The notes under the pieces are model-generated. The model had not been told where the DNA came from and ran no database searches. It saw only the letters and a program-made list of their open reading frames with translations. From the human T2T-CHM13v2.0 reference genome, Homo sapiens: DNA of 64,000 nt. Below, in pieces: positions 56,126-64,000 of the stretch; the first letter of the stretch is position 1, and each line of letters begins with the position of its first letter. The position numbers and the translations under genes are program-made. The stretch is taken from the NCBI RefSeq assembly GCF_009914755.1, contig NC_060929.1. One strand, given 5' to 3'.

Positions 56126-56500
56126 ATTTTTTTTTTTTTAGAGATGGGGGTCTCGCTGTGTTGGCCAGTCTGGTCTCAAACTCCTTGCCTCAAGTGATCT
56201 TCCCAATGTGCTGGGATTACAGGCATGAGCCACCATGCCCAGCCTATGTCTTAAATGCACTGTATTTCCTTGTACTCCAGATCCCTATTAGTGAAATGCC
56301 TATTAAAACATTTCGTAAGGCCAGCATGGCAGTGTGCATCAGTAGTCCCATCTATTTGGGAGGATGGCTTGAGGCCAGGAGTTAGAGAGAGTAGTGTGTT
56401 ATAATCATGCCTGTGAATAACCACTGCATTCCAGCCTAGGCAATATAACAAGACCCCATCTTTAAAAACAAACAAACAAACAAACGAACGAACAAACAGA
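56126..56500. mobile_element. Opposed Alu monomers 56126-56244 (-) and 56319-56500 (+)
   Basis: Diverged FLAM/FAM-like text. Confidence 0.7.
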
Positions 56501-56691
56501 AGTCTTGTAGTGCTTCCAGCAAATCAGCAGAAAGGAAAAAAGAGCTCTAGAGTAAGAACAGTTGATTCTTTTTTTAACAATTAGTGATGGGGGAGTATTC
56601 AGATGGCCAGCTAAAGAGAGAAGTTCTAGAACTCAGCTAGACCAGTATATTGCTTTATTTAAATTGGCTCAATATCCTATCTAAAGCTAGA

Positions 56692-57110
56692 CCAGTGGTT
56701 TTCAAAGCATGGAGCCTGGACTGCATCAGCTGAGAATGTGTTAGAAATGCAAATTTTTGGGTCCCACCTGAGGTCTACTGTATCAAACTCTGGGGGTGGG
56801 CCTAGCAGCCTTGGGTTTTAACAAGCCTTCCAAGTGATTCTGATGTAAGCTAAATTTGGAAGCCCCTGAGATACACTTACTGGAAAGAAGCTGGACCCAG
56901 GCCCACAGTGTACTTGATGTTCCTGTGGTTGGTTCAGTTTTCAAATTTGTCTGCACATTGGAATCACCTGGAGAGCTTCAAAACTACCAATGCCTGTGAC
57001 CCGTCACCAAAGATTGTGATTTAATAGGCCTGGGATATGGCCTGAGCTTTGGAATTTTTAAAGGATTCTCAAGTGATCCTAATTTGCAGACAAGTTTGGA
57101 AACCCTTGGA
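56692..57110. mobile_element. Two MER5-type hAT relics in the TIGD6 3'UTR
   Basis: CAGTGGTTTTCAAAG...TGTTAGAAATGCAAATT...TTTTAACAAGCCTTCCAAGTGATTCTGATG; second copy CACATTGGAATCACCTGGAGAGCTT. Confidence 0.65.
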
Positions 57111-57328
57111 TGAATCAAAATACATCTTGAATCAAGGACCAGAGACAGCCAAAAACAAAAGAAAAGAAAACACACATATTAGTCAAATTCCATTCAAAGA
57201 AGTTTCCTGGCTATTTCAGAGTACTGGAATGTTGTCACAATAACATTGCTTTACTTAAATTGGCTCAACAACCTATCTAAAGAAATCTTTATTCTTGTAA
57301 ACTACATTTTCTGAAATAAATTCCTGCA

Positions 57329-59097
<1,769 letters not shown>

Positions 59098-59733
59098 TCA
59101 TGCTACTGACTTTTTGTAGAGGCTACTTGTAAAGACTCAGAATGTTTGAAACAGAAGTGATCTTATCTAGCTTACTTAAACATTCTGAACCTCCATAAAA
59201 ATGGGAATAACAATGTTTGCTCTGCCTACCATGAGAACAGATTGAAATAACAGGCAGTGAAAGAGCTTGGCAAATAGCATTGCACTGTATACATTCCGAG
59301 TTATTCTCCAGCTTCTTTGATGGACACAGAAACTGGGGCCCTGGGAAGGGGCCTACCCGGGTTCATGCAGCTTAGATTTCTTAACTCAGATTACTATTTC
59401 TGCCAGGCCATGGTCCTGCTTGAAATTCCACCAAAGTGAGATCTTCAAAGCTCTACCACCATCTGGCCTGGAAAGATTTTTACTGTGGGAAGATGTTTCT
59501 GGTAGCCATACATTCATTTTATATTTACAGGTGCCAAGCTTTAAGGGTAGAGTAATGAACAAAAGAGTCAAGGTCCCTGTTCTTATGAAATATAAAATGT
59601 GGTGGGAAATATAAAAAGTAAACAGATAATTACAGAGGGTGATATGTGCTATAAAGGAAATAAAGACTATGACAAAGAATAAAAGAGGAAGATCTACTTA
59701 TTATACAAAGGGTGGTCAGGGATGTCCTCACTA

Positions 59734-60953
<1,220 letters not shown>

Positions 60954-61299
60954 CTAAGGTCCTTCCAGATTTAAGTCTTGGACCCTAGATAGATGCTTCA
61001 AACTCAAATGCCTTTAGGGGCCAGGATGGTGGCGTAAGTGAGTGAAACAGGGATTGAAGTATTTGGAGAATGGTGTGGTGTATCCTGTCTAGAAGTATTC
61101 AGAATTTAAAACAAACAGTCCCCCTGCCCTACGCTGGTCCAACAAAACATGATCCAGCAGTAGCAGTTTTGGGTAATTGCCTTCGTAGGCATTTTATCAT
61201 GAGAATCCTTAAAGGACAAGAGAACCTGCTGTGACTTTATGCTATGACTGTCCCTTCTCAAGGGTAGATTTTTACTATCACCTCCATACATGTATCCAT

Positions 61300-62690
61300 C
61301 CATTCATGACATGTACTATGTATTAAGCAGTATGCTTGATGCCAGCCATACAGAGATGAATGGAGCATAGTGCCCACCTTTGAGGAGCCTACCAGGGAAG
61401 ACAAACACTAGAGCATGTGAAAACTAAATCAGAGGTTACGGAGTACTACTGGAACATAAATGTGCAGATAATCAACTGGAATGGAGCATGGATGGGCAGT
61501 GCACTTCAAAGAGGGAATAATATGGTGGGCCTTAAAGAATAAACAAATAGGAACTCATGAGATGAAAGGAAATATTTAACATGAAAGGCAATGAAATACT
61601 ATATAGGAAATAGAATGTCCTGGTCAGGAACAAAAAATTCTTTGGAGAAGAAAGCAAGGACCAAATCACAGGAAGTCCTAGTCAGGTTTCTAGCTTGCTT
61701 TGGGGGCATTAAGAGGCTTTTGACGGTTTTTTGGTTTTGTTTTTCTGGAATGACATGATCAGATTTACAATATAGTCTTTTGGTTGCAGGGTAGAGAACC
61801 TAATGGGTAAAGTTGATTTTCCTAAGAGATGGCCTTAAATCTGAAGATAAAAGCAGGCTAAACCAGTAGGCCATATACAGTTTGGATGTTAATTTGAGTG
61901 CAATAGGAAGCTATTGAAGGATTTTAAGGAAGGAGAGATGACTGCTGTGTAAAGAATGGAAGGGTATCAGAGAAAAAAGCAGGAGTCCACATGAGATAAT
62001 GGTGGCTTGGATTAGAGTAGTAATAGAGAGATGGTGAGTAGTAGTCAGTCTGGGGCTATGTTTTTGCAAGCCCTGTGCTGGACCGGATGTGAGGTGAAGG
62101 AGGAGTCAAGGATAACGCCCAGGTTTCTGGTTTGAGCACTGAGGAATCCAGCAGATGATGGTGCCATTTACTGAGGTGGGAGGATCTACTGCGTAAACCT
62201 CATTTGTTAAGCACTTTACTTGCTTAATATTGCTTACTTGTGGCAGGGCTGGGATTCAAACCCAGGAGGCTCACAACAAAGCTAGCACTCCAAACACTAC
62301 AGAGTGCTATATAGCTGGTTCTGGGAACTACTAATATTGAGAGGAGACATAGAAAGAGAATGAAGCAAGAGCCAAATCAGACAAGTCTTGGTCAAGCTAA
62401 GACGTCTGAATTTTATTTTAAGTGAATGAGACACTGGAGGGTTTTAAGCAGGGAGTGACTTGATCAGACTTACAGTGCAAAATGATCAATCTGACTGCTT
62501 CGTGGAGAATGGATTGTAGAGGGGATGTGGGGAGAACTACATCAGTCCAGGCAGGAGATGATGGTGGCTAGAAGGTTGGTGATGGCGGTAGATGCAGAGA
62601 AGTAGGCAGACTGGAATACAGTGAGGGTTGTGCGGGAACTTGTACAAATGTGGACAACTTGTGACACTGGAGAGAAAGGACAATCCAATC
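61300..62690 (+). mobile_element. Degenerate L2/MIR fragments in TIGD6 intron 1
   Basis: L2 motifs GGAGTCAAGGATAACGCCCAGGTTTCTGG and GGAGGGTTTTAAGCAGGGAGTGAC...GATCAGA. Confidence 0.55.
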
Positions 62691-63019
62691 CAATCCCTAT
62701 TTGATTTACGGAAGCTCTCCATACGGTCATTCAGCTCAGCTTGAGTCACTCCAGGAACTCACTACCATCACTATTCGTGGGCCAGTGGGAGAGACGGATT
62801 GAGGGCAGATCACTGGAGTGATGAAGGCGCTACTTGATGCGGCACTACGTATGAACCCGATCCTGAATGAGAGGGAAAGACTGAGACAGGCTGAGGTCAG
62901 GCCTTGAACGTCGTGCTGAGGAGAGGGTGGTATTGTAGGCTTCCCAGCGCCCGACGTGGCTCTGAAAGGTGAGGCGGGGCCTAGATCCCTCACGCTCAGC
63001 ACAGCCCCGCCCCTGTTAC

Positions 63020-63230
63020 CTGAACGCCCCACAGCAGTGCCCGGGGGCTGAGCGGCCGGGGCGTCCCACCGCCGGCAGCCACAGCTTCCTCCTCCGCCCG
63101 GGACCTCTGGCCGGAAGCAGTCCGTTCGCCTTACTAGACCTCCTCCAAGCCTTTGAGCAGTTCGTGTGGGTCCGCTCCCAAGCTAGGGCTGGGCTGTTGC
63201 GCTTGCGCCAGGGGTCGCATGCAGTCACGC
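63020..63230 (-). other. TIGD6: TIGD6 non-coding exon 1 (5' boundary approximate)
   Basis: Minus-strand donor TTCAG|GTAACA (GT at 63019-63018) at the edge of the CpG island. Confidence 0.6.
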
Positions 63231-63269
63231 GCTGCCGACCGCTTCCGGTGCGCCGCGAGGGCCGCCGGG

Positions 63270-63725
63270 ACGGGTCTCCCTGGCGATCCGTGGTGTGCCG
63301 CTACTGCCGGTGCAGCCGCCAAACCGGTGCCTCGGTGACGACCGTGTCCCTGCCGTCTTCCTCGAGCTCCCCGGGGCTTGACCCCCGGGGCCCTCGGCAG
63401 GCATCGGTGAGGAGCCTGCGGAGCGAACCTGTGCTCCTATTCTTGCCCTTCAGGACCCCATATCGCGACTCCGAGGAGGGGAAGCGAGAGGGGCTGTCGC
63501 GACTCCGCGCCGTGTGTCGCCGGGCGGGGCCGCGGGGCCGGGGCTCCTTCAGCCCCCGGGATGCGCGCGCGAGCCCTCGCCTCCACTTCCTTGTTGCTGC
63601 TGTCACGACTGGAGCCGCCTCTCGCCGACAGCGGGGAGCGCGAGTGCGCCAGCCATCCCCCTCGTCCAGCCGCCGGGCCAAGCGCCTCCGGGAATGTGAG
63701 CGGCGCAGCTTGCACGCTCCTCCGG
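63270..63725 (+). other. HMGXB3: HMGXB3 exon 1 (5' boundary approximate)
   Basis: Consensus donor CGG|GTAAGT (GT at 63726-63727); identity from the known gene order TIGD6/HMGXB3; no annotated coding exon in the window. Confidence 0.7.
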
Positions 63726-64000
63726 GTAAGTCCCGCCTTCGAGGGCCGCGCCGAGCCGCTGGGCGACCTCGAGTTGGATGCTGCGGCTCTCTGAGCCTCT
63801 ACTGAGTCTTCCACAAAGTAGGGCCACTGAGCCTTAGTGTCCTCCTTCCGCAATCCGTATGGGACATTCGGATGTCCCAGACGTCTTAGCTTGACCAAGA
63901 CTTTGTCTGGTTTGGCTCTTGCTTCATTCATGACCCAGAATGAGGGAAAGGAGCTAGCCCAGAGTCAAACTGTGGCCCATGGCTGAGCCCTCAAAGGCAA

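Larger units (their letters stand above)
55665..57328 (-). other. TIGD6: TIGD6 3'UTR with candidate poly(A) signals
   Basis: Minus-strand AATAAA (TTTATT on plus) at 57288-57293, 56654-56659 and 55688-55693. Confidence 0.55.
62900..63800. promoter_or_regulatory. Bidirectional CpG-island promoter shared by TIGD6 (-) and HMGXB3 (+)
   Basis: CpG-dense; ETS/GABP CCGGAAGC at 63111-63118 and reverse GCTTCCGG at 63241-63248; NRF1-type TGCGCTTGCGC at 63198-63208; GC boxes at 62971-62980 and 63005-63013; outward-facing donors on both strands. Confidence 0.88.

Overview
Human genomic DNA, recognisable from the encoded proteins as the chr5q32 PDE6A-SLC26A2-TIGD6-HMGXB3 locus. It contains PDE6A coding exon 1 and promoter (minus strand, 6754-7227) and the complete 3-exon SLC26A2 gene (CpG-island exon 1 ending 23526; CDS 40196-40894 + 42836-44356 = 739 aa; 3'UTR to about 49940). 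It also contains TIGD6, a domesticated pogo/Tigger transposase (minus strand), here as a 1-bp frameshift allele, and the TIGD6/HMGXB3 bidirectional CpG-island promoter with HMGXB3 exon 1. The rest is Alu-dense (about 50 copies or fragments), with a solo HERV-K LTR5, MER21B, MLT1, L1, L2/MIR, DNA-transposon relics and Y3, 7SL and 5S RNA pseudogenes. I see no evidence for a new multi-gene system. The most interesting signals are: (1) a 42-bp inverted repeat in PDE6A intron 1 enclosing ten 11-13-nt repeats complementary to the weak PDE6A exon-1 splice donor, next to a sense LTR with an intact poly(A) signal; (2) the TIGD6 frameshift, whose stop overlaps an in-frame AUG (AUGA); (3) a strong-Kozak SLC26A2 uORF containing a cryptic donor; (4) several template-switch or templated-insertion footprints. 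Repeat boundaries and subfamilies were read by eye and are approximate.
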